NCBI GenBank assembly: GCA_048941285.1
Contig: JBHLNS010000007.1
Location: forward strand, 1 to 64,000
Direction: 5' to 3'
DNA length: 64,000 nt
DNA from: Promethearchaeota archaeon
Lineage (GTDB): Archaea > Asgardarchaeota > Lokiarchaeia > Sigyniarchaeales > SOKP01
Part shown: piece by piece, positions 1 through 9,621 of the stretch
Numbering within the stretch: the first letter of the stretch is position 1
How the letters are laid out: each line of letters starts with the position of its first letter
Program-made: the position numbers and the translations under genes
The notes under the pieces: model-generated
The model's input: the letters and a program-made list of their open reading frames with translations, nothing else
What the model was told of the DNA's origin: nothing
Databases searched by the model: none

Positions 1-84
1 AGCGCCAGACTCATAATCCTACTGAAAAAATGGGTCAGACTGGATGTATTCTGGAGGTCGAGGGCTCGAATCCCTCCACCGGCA
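1..84 (+). tRNA. tRNA-Met(CAT), probably elongator; 5' part cut off by the window edge; contains a 33-nt intron
   Basis: Anticodon arm CCAGA-CTCATAA-[intron]-TCTGG; T-arm GAGGG-CTCGAAT-CCCTC; 3' acceptor strand CACCGGC plus discriminator A; CCA not encoded. Confidence 0.9.
17..49 (+). other. tRNA intron (33 nt), best fit at position 38/39, relaxed BHB
   Basis: Removing 17-49 gives the loop CUCAUAA. CAU(12-14) pairs with AUG(44-46), the bulges are AAU(15-17) and AUU(48-50), and the outer pairs are CC/GG. Confidence 0.7.
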
Positions 85-275
85 CTAATCCTATTTATTT
101 TCTTTTGGTAGAATTATCATCCCCAATATTAGGTAAAAATTATTTTCCTAATGTTATGATTTTCTTTAGAAATAATAGTAAGCGCGGGAATATCTTTTCT
201 GTTAGTCGAATGAACTTCAATCTATATAGATGTTTTAAGAATTTCTTTTTGTTCTTTTACTAATTTAGCTTTTTT

Positions 276-2243
276 TTAAGGATTCTTTAAGTTTTCAATT
301 GCCTTTTCAATTATTTCAAGTTTTATTGAATATTTTTCATAAAGCTCAGTAAAATTATTTATATCAATGTCATTATTATCATACAAGATTTTCAACTGCT
401 TTAGAGTTCGCCCAATACCTGCTTTACTATTTTGCAATTCATCGATTTTACTGGAATTTATCATAACATCCGACATTATATTTTTATAACGTCGGTAAGC
501 ATCAAAATTTAAATCAGTTTGTTGATATTTTGTTAAGAAGTTAGTAGTTCTTGGAATAAATGGTGCCAAATTTTCTGGAACGATTATGAGTGGTTCTGGA
601 TCTTGTATATTTAAGGCTTCTCTATCATTTATCGTCTCAACATCATTTTCTATGATATTTTCATTTACAATTGATAAATTAGTCTTTATACTTTCGAATT
701 CAGAGTCTGTTAATTCTGGGAATTGAACTAAAAGGGATTCCCATAAATCTTCAGCTTTAATATAATAATAGTTTGCTTTCTTCTGTAAATTTTGAATTAA
801 ACCTTCATTTTCATCTTTATTTGACAATTTTAACAAAGATTTAGCTTTTAAATGACATGCTTTACCCATATCGTAATTATATTGGGCTTTAAAGTGCAGT
901 AACTTCTTATCATCATATTTTCTTAAAAATGCCAATCTTTTTGTTAAAGCACTTAGTCCTGATGATAAATTTGCTGCCATCGCGTAGTTTTCTTTCCTTT
1001 CTTCGCTTAAAGTGGCCAAATTTTGAGCAAGAATTCGAGCTTCTTCAGAATTCAATTCAAGATTCTCTACAGATAATGCTAACCCTTTATCTTCTTGTCG
1101 AGTACAAGCCGCACTAAAATATGCAGCAGTTTTATACATTTTACTACTTTCTACCATTGCTACTATAGAATTTTCTATTAAATTTTCTATTTCAAACTTG
1201 CTAGAAAGGTGAAAATATGCTCGTGCTGCAATCCATAAAGCTCGAGAACATTCAAAAATTAGGTCCCATATTTGAATCTCTTTATTTATAATCGGATCAT
1301 AGAATGAAGGGGTAATCTCCAATTCTTTAAAAATCCTAATTTGACTTTGAGTTTTATAATTTACATTGAGGATTTTTATATATTCTATAACATTATTAAT
1401 GTCAGCGAAAGAAAATTCTTCTTTTTTCTCTAAATTTTCTTCTAATTTCTTAATCTTATAATGAAAAAATCGAATTTTTTGCATTGTGGCTAGAGGAAAG
1501 AAGGTTTTTAGTACTGTTGTTTTCTTTATATCTTCTTTTTCTACGTACTTCTTTGCATACTTTTTGGATGCTGGTTTTGTGAGCGATTCAACTTCTATAA
1601 TTGGTTTTTTGAATGATTTGATATCAATAACTGGTTTCTTAGGTGGTTTATAAGGCGACAGTGTTTTTTCTTCAGATGAGTCTTTCTTTTGCTTTAATGG
1701 CATTGTGGATTTTAATTTCTCTGTCTGAATTTTATTTTCAAATTTTACAAAACCCAAAGCTTGCTCCATTTTTTTTGGTTGTACATCAAATGCTACTGAA
1801 GTTTCTTGTTTTCTCATGCTTTCTAAATATTTCTTTGCGATCTGTATATACCTCTGTGCCTCTGAAGGATCCATTCCTTTCATTTTAGATAAATCCTCAA
1901 TACTCGTTGATGCTAATTTTTTTAAAGAACTTAAAGGGATGGATGTATTAACTTTTTTAATAGAAGTCTTCTGAATATTTGAAAAATTTGCTGATCTTGA
2001 AGGATCTGGTGTTCTTCCTTTCTCAATAATATTATAAATTTGGTTCCTTGTTTTAATACTTTGAATATGTTTTTTAGCAAATTGGATATAATTTCTTGCA
2101 TTATTAATTCCAATACCATCGATAACAAGTAAGTCTTCTACCCTCGAACATGCAAGTTTTTCTAATGAATCTATCCCAATCTCTTTTAGCTTCTCTACAG
2201 TCGCTTTTCCAATACTATTAGCAACGTTCGTAATGGATGTCAT
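276..2243 (-). CDS. Helix-hairpin-helix domain protein (2 HhH modules, Lys-rich linker, alpha-helical C-terminal domain)
   Basis: SIGKATVEKLKEIGIDSLEKLA...LLVIDGIG and LKKLASTSIEDLSKMKGMD are HhH-like; 655-aa ORF. Confidence 0.65.
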   Translation of the reverse strand: MTSITNVANSIGKATVEKLKEIGIDSLEKLACSRVEDLLVIDGIGINNARNYIQFAKKHIQSIKTRNQIYNIIEKGRTPDPSRSANFSNIQKTSIKKVNTSIPLSSLKKLASTSIEDLSKMKGMDPSEAQRYIQIAKKYLESMRKQETSVAFDVQPKKMEQALGFVKFENKIQTEKLKSTMPLKQKKDSSEEKTLSPYKPPKKPVIDIKSFKKPIIEVESLTKPASKKYAKKYVEKEDIKKTTVLKTFFPLATMQKIRFFHYKIKKLEENLEKKEEFSFADINNVIEYIKILNVNYKTQSQIRIFKELEITPSFYDPIINKEIQIWDLIFECSRALWIAARAYFHLSSKFEIENLIENSIVAMVESSKMYKTAAYFSAACTRQEDKGLALSVENLELNSEEARILAQNLATLSEERKENYAMAANLSSGLSALTKRLAFLRKYDDKKLLHFKAQYNYDMGKACHLKAKSLLKLSNKDENEGLIQNLQKKANYYYIKAEDLWESLLVQFPELTDSEFESIKTNLSIVNENIIENDVETINDREALNIQDPEPLIIVPENLAPFIPRTTNFLTKYQQTDLNFDAYRRYKNIMSDVMINSSKIDELQNSKAGIGRTLKQLKILYDNNDIDINNFTELYEKYSIKLEIIEKAIENLKNP

Positions 2244-2498
2244 TTATACCTATAATTTATAATTAAATTTTTTATTTAAAGCTTGAGCATGATCGCTCGT
2301 CAAATTAATTTATGATAGATTTTTTCCATTTTTGTTAAATGGTTCCTTTTTATATTATAAAACGATAATCAGCCAATTTTATACTAATTTTATTAATTTA
2401 AGAAGATAAGTGTCTCCATTATTAGACAATATTGTCGTTTTCTGCATTATTAAGGCGAGATCATAAAATTTATATATTAATTCAATGCTATACATTAC

Positions 2499-3293
2499 TT
2501 GGTGATGTATCCAGACAACATCAATTGTCTCGAAATAGAGACCAATGACAGTTATTCTAAAGTTGTTACAAGGATTCTATTAATTACCATAATAGTAACT
2601 GTTGGGTTATCTATCTTGGGAGCGTGGGATGTTGCTCAGAATGACATTCAACAGGATGATTTTGAATTGTCATTCATTCCAGAAAATAAATTTTCAGGAG
2701 AATACTCTTCAGAGATAAATATTTCTGATGACTTTTCTCAAGAAAAAAAGTTATTTTCGATAGCAACTTTCTGTGGATCCAGTGACGTGTCAGTACCAGA
2801 AAAAGGCTGTTTCGGGCCTTTCGACACTTTACCTGGTGATATGGAAATCGCTGCCCAAGTACTTCCTGATGAACCCTTACCATTATGTATAGATAATGAT
2901 TATCTAGACGACTATTATATAATAGTAGGTACCTATGGTGGTTATGCATGGGTTGATGGTTGGATTAACGTAATGCAAACTAAATCAGATGAATGTATAG
3001 TTGGAGTAATTGATATTAGAAGCGATCCAATTGAATATGCTGATGGTACTCATGGTTGGAGCTATTATATGCTTACATTCTATATTGAAGGTCATCCTAT
3101 TATTTTAGACAGTAATCACATCCCAGACTCTCCTCTTGGAGATTTCTTCGTCTGTGGTCCTGACAATCTTGACAAATGGGTATTCTTAAAGGTTTGTACT
3201 ATATGGGAAGGTTGTGAAAAGCCCGAACAAGAGTTTATGGTAATACTGGCACATAAAGCTTTGTCCCAGAATAAAATCCCAAACTCCCGATAA
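2499..3293 (+). CDS. Hypothetical membrane-anchored/secreted acidic protein
   Basis: 264-aa ORF; N-terminal hydrophobic segment ILLITIIVTVGLSILG; Asp/Cys-rich remainder. Confidence 0.6.
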   Translation: MVMYPDNINCLEIETNDSYSKVVTRILLITIIVTVGLSILGAWDVAQNDIQQDDFELSFIPENKFSGEYSSEINISDDFSQEKKLFSIATFCGSSDVSVPEKGCFGPFDTLPGDMEIAAQVLPDEPLPLCIDNDYLDDYYIIVGTYGGYAWVDGWINVMQTKSDECIVGVIDIRSDPIEYADGTHGWSYYMLTFYIEGHPIILDSNHIPDSPLGDFFVCGPDNLDKWVFLKVCTIWEGCEKPEQEFMVILAHKALSQNKIPNSR

Positions 3294-3336
3294 AATACAT
3301 CGCCAGTTAAGTCGTAACAGTTGGAATAACTGTTTG

Positions 3337-3370
3337 AATGGCAAGTAATCTTGCCATTTTTCTTTTTTTT
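3337..3370 (+). terminator. Hairpin + U-tract intrinsic terminator candidate
   Basis: AATGGCAAG-TAAT-CTTGCCATT (9-bp stem) followed by TTTCTTTTTTTT, 44 nt after the stop of 2499..3293. Confidence 0.65.
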
Positions 3371-3599
3371 GTATTGTTAATATTTTAGTAATAAAGAAAT
3401 AATGATTGTAGTATATCTTATGCTTGGTTGATTTGTTTTATTTCAATTATTTTAATATAATTAATAAAAAGTATTTTAATTCGTTCATCTAAAAAAAATT
3501 TAAGCAATAACGTATAATTAAATAATGGAATTATATAAAGAACGTCTATAATTTAACTTTAGTTCCAAAGAATAAAAATTAATAAGAATAATCATTTAA

Positions 3600-4571
3600 A
3601 TGAGTGGTAAAGAAGAACATAATTTTACTAATTATATAAGTGATGCACAAGAAAAAGTTAAAGAATTTGTGCAGGAGAGAGAACTACTGAATAGCAAAAT
3701 CAAGAATTATATCATTAGCTTTCAGAGCTTTGATTCTGAAATCGCCAAATCCTTATATGAAGCAAGAGAATTTTACTATAAAAAACGTTACTACTATAAT
3801 ATAAAATTAGAAAAATTGAAAAGAAAAAAAATTGGAAACGAGCAACACTGGAATTATCTTATAAGAAAATTAAATACACTCACAAAACCAGAATTAAATG
3901 GCATTATTTCAACTTCAATAGAATATACTACACGTACTCTTGAGGATATTGAAAATAAATTAGAGCTATTGAATCAAAAACTTGAAGATCAAATTTTAAA
4001 TATTGAGGAAGAAAATGAAATAATTGAAAAAATCAGAGATTTAGAAAGAAATCAAGAGAAAAAAATTCAAATATTAGTAGGGCTCAAACAAAAGCAAATT
4101 GCGAAATTACAAAATAGTGAATACTTTAAAATCCAATCAGAAATTAAAAATCTTGAAATCAAATTAACAGAAATATATGAAAACATATTTAAAATATCTA
4201 ATAAGAGGCTAATCACTCATAAAAAAATGCTTGATTTATATAGGAAAGCAAGAGAATTTGAAAAAATTAAGAAAAGAGTTGAAAATGAGTTAATAGAAAG
4301 TAAAAATACTGCCGAAGGTTACCATCAACTCTTCGTAAAATTGATTGATCTAAACAAAAAAGTGTTATTAGATGAATTATCAAATAAACCAATAATTGAA
4401 CTGCGACCAAAAGAAATAAAAAAACTTGATGAAAAGGCTATTATAAAAAAAAAAAAGAAGCATAAAAAATTAGAACAAAAAAAATTAGCAATTGCGTTAG
4501 ATAAGCAGAAATCGGGAAAAAAATTAAATTTTTATGAATATCAGCTTATCTTAAAGCACTCAAAAAAATAA
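3600..4571 (+). CDS. Archaeal coiled-coil protein (COG1340-like)
   Basis: E/K/L-rich heptads throughout; the C-terminal KSGKKLNFYEYQLIL resembles the tail of this family. Confidence 0.6.
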   Translation: MSGKEEHNFTNYISDAQEKVKEFVQERELLNSKIKNYIISFQSFDSEIAKSLYEAREFYYKKRYYYNIKLEKLKRKKIGNEQHWNYLIRKLNTLTKPELNGIISTSIEYTTRTLEDIENKLELLNQKLEDQILNIEEENEIIEKIRDLERNQEKKIQILVGLKQKQIAKLQNSEYFKIQSEIKNLEIKLTEIYENIFKISNKRLITHKKMLDLYRKAREFEKIKKRVENELIESKNTAEGYHQLFVKLIDLNKKVLLDELSNKPIIELRPKEIKKLDEKAIIKKKKKHKKLEQKKLAIALDKQKSGKKLNFYEYQLILKHSKK

Positions 4572-5136
4572 AAGAATATTAGTTTTAATATGTCAATTTG
4601 AACTTCAATTTTAGAATGGATTTTTAAAAAATATAAAATAACACAGTAAGCGACAGTAAGAGAAATGCAGAAATTAAAACTTTTTTTTAACTTACCCTTT
4701 TCCTTCTTATTTAACTTTTGATAATATCGGTTTTTTGCATATTTCACAGTTATAGGAAGGATTGCTCCTAAACTTAATGTAGATATAATAAATCCAGTTG
4801 GATTAGATACCCATAAATAAACAAATTTAGTTCATTAAAAACTATTTATATAATTTATCTAACGTTCCCTTTAATTCTTTGAAAACGATGAAATTTACAA
4901 TTTTATCAATTTACATAGCTAAAGACTGAGTTGAGGTTATTCTATCAAAAATCTTATAAAAAGTTGATTTATTCCAAATTATCAATTACAGTTTAAACTG
5001 ACATTATACTTAAGTCAATTTAGGCTAGATTTTTTTGATATTCATAAATTGGAATATACATAAATAACACTTATGTTTTAAAAAAGAAAGAAAATAGTTT
5101 GTACGAGATATATATTCTATTAGATGAGAATAATAT

Positions 5137-6135
5137 CTAAAATGTAAAAACTCCATTTTTCATCAAAATCGTAGTTGAACCATCATTGTAGGTAATTTGT
5201 ATTGTTGGTTTATAGAACAAAAAATCTCTATGGGTTATTGATGTATTTTGTCCACCTTGCATATCAGTATTATTTCCAAAAGCAATATGGGCAGTTTGAA
5301 GAGCTTTTTCATCTTCAAGTAAAATACCACTTAATTTAGCCCCAGGATTTAAACCAATGCCCAATTCTCCTATAATGCTTGCTTCCTCATCTAGATTAAT
5401 TAATGTTTGAATTTTTTTAACTAAATTTTTATCTTTACTTTCAAGTTTTGTAATTTTACCATTTTTTACATAAATTTTCAAAGGTTTCTTTACTTTCCCA
5501 ATATCTCCAATTGAACCATCACATACAATAATGCCATCCCCTTGAGTTTCAATAGGGCCACACCATATCTCACCACAAGGTAGATTAGCGAAGTAGGGTT
5601 CTTTAATAATTTTAACATCAGTTGAGAATCCACGATTTTTAATATATAACTTTATATCTGTTCCACTCGGTGCAGATATATGTGCTATTTGTGCATTTTC
5701 TAATAATTTTTTGAGTTTATTAGCAGTAATTTCCATTGTTTCATAATTAATATTCATTGGACCATCAATCATCATTGATTCTGTTATCCCAGCACCATGA
5801 CCTAATCTAATTGACTTGGTAGCAAGAATTTTTTTTACCCATTTAACTCGAAATGGAGTTTCATCACTTAATCCCTTGAAAGCATTGATTACTATTGTTT
5901 TATCATTAGCTAACTCACTCATTTGTATTGGAATATCTAATAATGGTCTATCTTTTTCCAGTAATAAATATAGATCTACTGAACAACCATAATCAATAGC
6001 TGCATGATAAAATGCATCACCTACACGTTTAGTTTCATCATCAGATATGATTAATACTTTATCTTCCTTGGTTAAGTTCATTACATGGATCATTGCTTTT
6101 TGAGCAGCGATTTTCATTATCTGGAATTGGCTCAT
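5137..6135 (-). CDS. Aminopeptidase, M29 / thermophilic metalloprotease family
   Basis: Motifs NLPCGEI, GIIVCDG, GELGIGLNP, LEDEK, HIAFGNN, HRD. Confidence 0.85.
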   Translation of the reverse strand: MSQFQIMKIAAQKAMIHVMNLTKEDKVLIISDDETKRVGDAFYHAAIDYGCSVDLYLLLEKDRPLLDIPIQMSELANDKTIVINAFKGLSDETPFRVKWVKKILATKSIRLGHGAGITESMMIDGPMNINYETMEITANKLKKLLENAQIAHISAPSGTDIKLYIKNRGFSTDVKIIKEPYFANLPCGEIWCGPIETQGDGIIVCDGSIGDIGKVKKPLKIYVKNGKITKLESKDKNLVKKIQTLINLDEEASIIGELGIGLNPGAKLSGILLEDEKALQTAHIAFGNNTDMQGGQNTSITHRDFLFYKPTIQITYNDGSTTILMKNGVFTF

Positions 6136-6257
6136 CTTTGATCTTATTTTTAGTTATTTTTAGCTGAAATAATATTTGATTAATGATATATTTTTTTATT
6201 TAAAATTTGGATTGAACCTAAAAGGTTTTTTATAGAAACATCTTAAAATAAATTGTT

Positions 6258-7823
6258 ATGGAACATTTCGTTAAGGAAAAAATTTCAGCTGAAGACGTTG
6301 CGATTGCAGATAACAATACCCAATGGCTAGGGATTCCTTTAATTAATTTAATGGAATGTGCTGGATATTGTATTGCTGATGAAATTATAAGAAGAAATAT
6401 AATTAAAGATGATTCTACTGTTGTTATTTTTTGTGGTACTGGCAATAATGGTGGAGATGGGTTTGTAGTCGCTAGACAATTGGCTGCTTTTAAGATAAAG
6501 TCATTGGTTATTCTTGTTGGAGACCCAGATAAGATAAGAACTCATGCATCAAAATTTAATTGGAATATAATAAGAAACAACATAAATTATATGGTTAAGA
6601 CTGCAATCATTCGTGATTCTACTGAAATTGAGAATATCACACTTATAAATAAAAATCCTAATAAAATTGGGTTAATTATTGATGGGCTGTTAGGTACAGG
6701 AATATCTGGAAATATAAGAGAACCAATCTTATCCGTTATAAATACAATAAATAGACTAAGAGAAAAAGAGAAAATTTTTGTTGTCTCAATAGACTTACCT
6801 TCTGGTATGAATCCAAATTCCGGGACAGTAGTTCATAAAGCTGTGAAAGCGGATTTAGTAGTAGCTCTTCATCGAATAAAAAAAGGTTTAGAGCCTAAAA
6901 GCGATTATATAAATGAAATTGTAGTAAGATCAATTGGAATTCCTTATGAGGCAGATCTCTATGTAGGCAAAGGTGATCTAATACCTACACTCAAAGTAAG
7001 AAAAATTGATAATCATAAGGGACAATTTGGACGAATGCTTGTCGTTGGAGGATCTAAAAATTATTCTGGAGCTCCTGCATATTCTTCTTTAACAGGTATT
7101 AATTTTGGGATAGATTTAGTTATAACTTATGTTCCAGAAGTCGTTGGGGACATATTAAGAAGTTATTCACCAAATATGATTGTACGGACAAATCCAGGTA
7201 ATTGGTTAAATATGGATTCATTTAATGAAATATCAGAATTAATTGAATGGTCGAATGCAATAGTTATCGGCCCTGGTTTAGGCAAAAAAAAAGAAACAAA
7301 AGAGTTATTGATCAACCTTTTGGAGAAAATGAATAATGAGGAGAAAAATTACGTTCTTGATGCTGATGCTTTAAAATTGGTTAAAGATAATCTTGATCTC
7401 TTAAAAAAAAGAAATGCTATCTTAACGCCTCATGAAGGAGAATTGAAAATTATGACAGGTATTGAATTACCAATGTATAATAAAATTGAAGAGAGGAGCA
7501 ATGTGGTGTTAAAATTAGCTCAAGATCTCGAAGTAACTTTACTCATCAAAGGTGTATATGATTACATAAGCGACGGTAAGAATATAAAAATAAATCGTAC
7601 AGGCTGTCCAGAAATGTCTATAGGTGGGACAGGTGATGTATTAGCTGGACTATGTGCTTGTTTTTTAGCTACGAAAAACAGTCCTTTTGAATCAGCATGT
7701 TCAGCAGCATTTCTTAATGGGATAATTGGAGAGTATTGCAAACTCAATATTGGAGATCGATTTACAGCACTAGACATGACAAAAAATATTAATAATGCTC
7801 TACGAAGCATGATTAATTTTTAA
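6258..7823 (+). CDS. nnr: Bifunctional NAD(P)H-hydrate epimerase/dehydratase (YjeF)
   Basis: LMECAG, GTGNNGGDG, DGLLGTG, SIDLPSG; HKGQFG, GPGLG, DADAL, LTPHEGE, GGTGDVLAG. Confidence 0.95.
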   Translation: MEHFVKEKISAEDVAIADNNTQWLGIPLINLMECAGYCIADEIIRRNIIKDDSTVVIFCGTGNNGGDGFVVARQLAAFKIKSLVILVGDPDKIRTHASKFNWNIIRNNINYMVKTAIIRDSTEIENITLINKNPNKIGLIIDGLLGTGISGNIREPILSVINTINRLREKEKIFVVSIDLPSGMNPNSGTVVHKAVKADLVVALHRIKKGLEPKSDYINEIVVRSIGIPYEADLYVGKGDLIPTLKVRKIDNHKGQFGRMLVVGGSKNYSGAPAYSSLTGINFGIDLVITYVPEVVGDILRSYSPNMIVRTNPGNWLNMDSFNEISELIEWSNAIVIGPGLGKKKETKELLINLLEKMNNEEKNYVLDADALKLVKDNLDLLKKRNAILTPHEGELKIMTGIELPMYNKIEERSNVVLKLAQDLEVTLLIKGVYDYISDGKNIKINRTGCPEMSIGGTGDVLAGLCACFLATKNSPFESACSAAFLNGIIGEYCKLNIGDRFTALDMTKNINNALRSMINF

Positions 7824-7995
7824 TATTTTGCATAACGATACTTGTCTATTAAGAGATGTCAGAACGTGAATAACTTACAAAATAAAGATTTATATCTTTT
7901 TAATTTATTATATTATTAAGTTATTTATTGTGAAAACTTATGTTGAGGTTAGATAAGTTATCCTTATACTAAAATTCACTAACAAATAAAGGAGA

Positions 7996-8835
7996 TTGAT
8001 TAAAATACCACAATTATTTCTTATTAATCCTGATGGGACTACAACTGAAATATCAACTGAAGGGGCAATAAAAGATGTTTTGAAAACTGATGAATGTTAT
8101 GTTTTGGTTGCAGATGATGTCAGAAAAGTGTATCTATGGAAAGGATTAAAAAGTAGTGTAAGATCAAAATTCATTGGAGCTAAACGATCTCAAGAAATCC
8201 GAGGTCAAGTGGGAATGCATTATGCTGTTGTTCCTGTTGACGAAAGTGAGGAGGAACCCGATTTTATTAAATTAATTGGAGGACGAACTGAAGCAGGAGT
8301 TGCAAAGGAAATAAAAGGAATTGATACTGCTCCTTCAAATGTGCCTCCTTTAAGGGAAAAGAACATTTTTAGTCCTCCGAAGCCTGCAGAAGGAATGAAT
8401 ATAGCAGGAAGTAAAGAGCGTGCTGCTCAAAATATTGGCCCTTTATATCGGGGGGAGAGTTCTATGCCTGATTTAACACAAGACCAGACTCAAGTAGATT
8501 TCCAACAAGTAATGCAAAAACTGGAAGAAATCCAGATACCTCCAGGTTTTGAAAGAGAACTGATTATCATCGGTAATCATGCTTATTCGATTGTTGAAAA
8601 AGTACAACAATTTCTCGGAGAAAAACAAGTTACAAAGGAAATATCAAAGGTTGGGGCCATTCCAGAGGGAATTTTCTTTGCTGAATCATATAGTCCACGT
8701 GTACTTTCAGAAAATGGCAAAATTATCGCTATAGAATTTCTAAAACGCACGGGTGTAAAAGCTAAACCTGTTCAAACAAAAAATAAAAGAGAACTCTTAA
8801 AAGAACAAATTAAAGAGCAGTTAGAGGGAAATTAA
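7996..8835 (+). CDS. Asgard gelsolin-domain protein (single gelsolin domain + C-terminal domain, 1DGelX-like)
   Basis: DECYVLV...VYLWKGLKSSVRSKFIGAKRSQEI...VDESEEEPDFIKL is a gelsolin-fold signature, followed by a linker and a C-terminal domain. Confidence 0.8.
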   Translation: MIKIPQLFLINPDGTTTEISTEGAIKDVLKTDECYVLVADDVRKVYLWKGLKSSVRSKFIGAKRSQEIRGQVGMHYAVVPVDESEEEPDFIKLIGGRTEAGVAKEIKGIDTAPSNVPPLREKNIFSPPKPAEGMNIAGSKERAAQNIGPLYRGESSMPDLTQDQTQVDFQQVMQKLEEIQIPPGFERELIIIGNHAYSIVEKVQQFLGEKQVTKEISKVGAIPEGIFFAESYSPRVLSENGKIIAIEFLKRTGVKAKPVQTKNKRELLKEQIKEQLEGN

Positions 8836-8990
8836 TAAAAATTTGTTTCCATTAATCTTATTCTTATTATTTATATATTTTTGAGATTAATTACTTAAGA
8901 AATATGAAGTAAGAACTTAGAAATATAAATTTTTAAGGTAAAATTATTTAATTATTATTAATTGAAAAAAAATTTAATTAATATCGAAGA

Positions 8991-9380
8991 ATGTCAGATT
9001 TAACACCTGAAGAAGCTCATGCGTTAAGTAATTTTTTGGGCAGTATAACAGAATACAGTGAACTCGAAGCATTAGCTCTTATTACTCGAGAGGGGTTAAG
9101 ATTAGCTTTCAGTGCTATTCCAGGATATAATATTGACCCTGATCTATTTTCTAGTCTGAGTGCTGTAGTTGTTCAATCAGGAACTGATGCAGTTGGAGCT
9201 TTGGGATATACCAATATGCTTGAAGTCGTATTAAGAGGTGACAATGGATTTATAATTCTAAGTGCGGCTGGAAGATTCTTTCTAATGGGAGCTTCAAGAC
9301 AGATTGCAGATTTGGGAAAAATAGTGAAAGTTTTTAGGTATTATGCTGGAGAAATTCACAAAAGATATCCAATTAAATAA
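8991..9380 (+). CDS. Roadblock/LC7 (MglB-like) domain protein
   Basis: 129 aa; ALITREGL...DPDLFSSLSA...EVVLRGDNGFIIL...LGKI pattern. Confidence 0.8.
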   Translation: MSDLTPEEAHALSNFLGSITEYSELEALALITREGLRLAFSAIPGYNIDPDLFSSLSAVVVQSGTDAVGALGYTNMLEVVLRGDNGFIILSAAGRFFLMGASRQIADLGKIVKVFRYYAGEIHKRYPIK

Positions 9381-9621
9381 AAAGATCAAAATTTAGTTGC
9401 TTGTATTATGTTATTGTCTGAATTTTATAGTCAATGATTTGATTATTGTTAAATTTTAATAGTAATATGGTTATGATTATTATAATATCAGACCTTGGTA
9501 ATTATCTATTACTGATATTTGGTTTATGTTTATAAAAAAAAATTATTAAATGTTGATAGAAATTATAAGCTTTATCACTTATAATATATTAAAAAACTTT
9601 AGAAAATATTAGATCATAATT

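Noticed and set aside
30-263. 77-aa ORF
   Set aside because: It overlaps the tRNA intron and 3' half and has no protein-like features.
4541-4831. Minus-strand open frame with two hydrophobic stretches (possible gene remnant)
   Set aside because: No start codon at the 5' end of the open frame, it overlaps the upstream gene's 3' end, and no family is recognisable.
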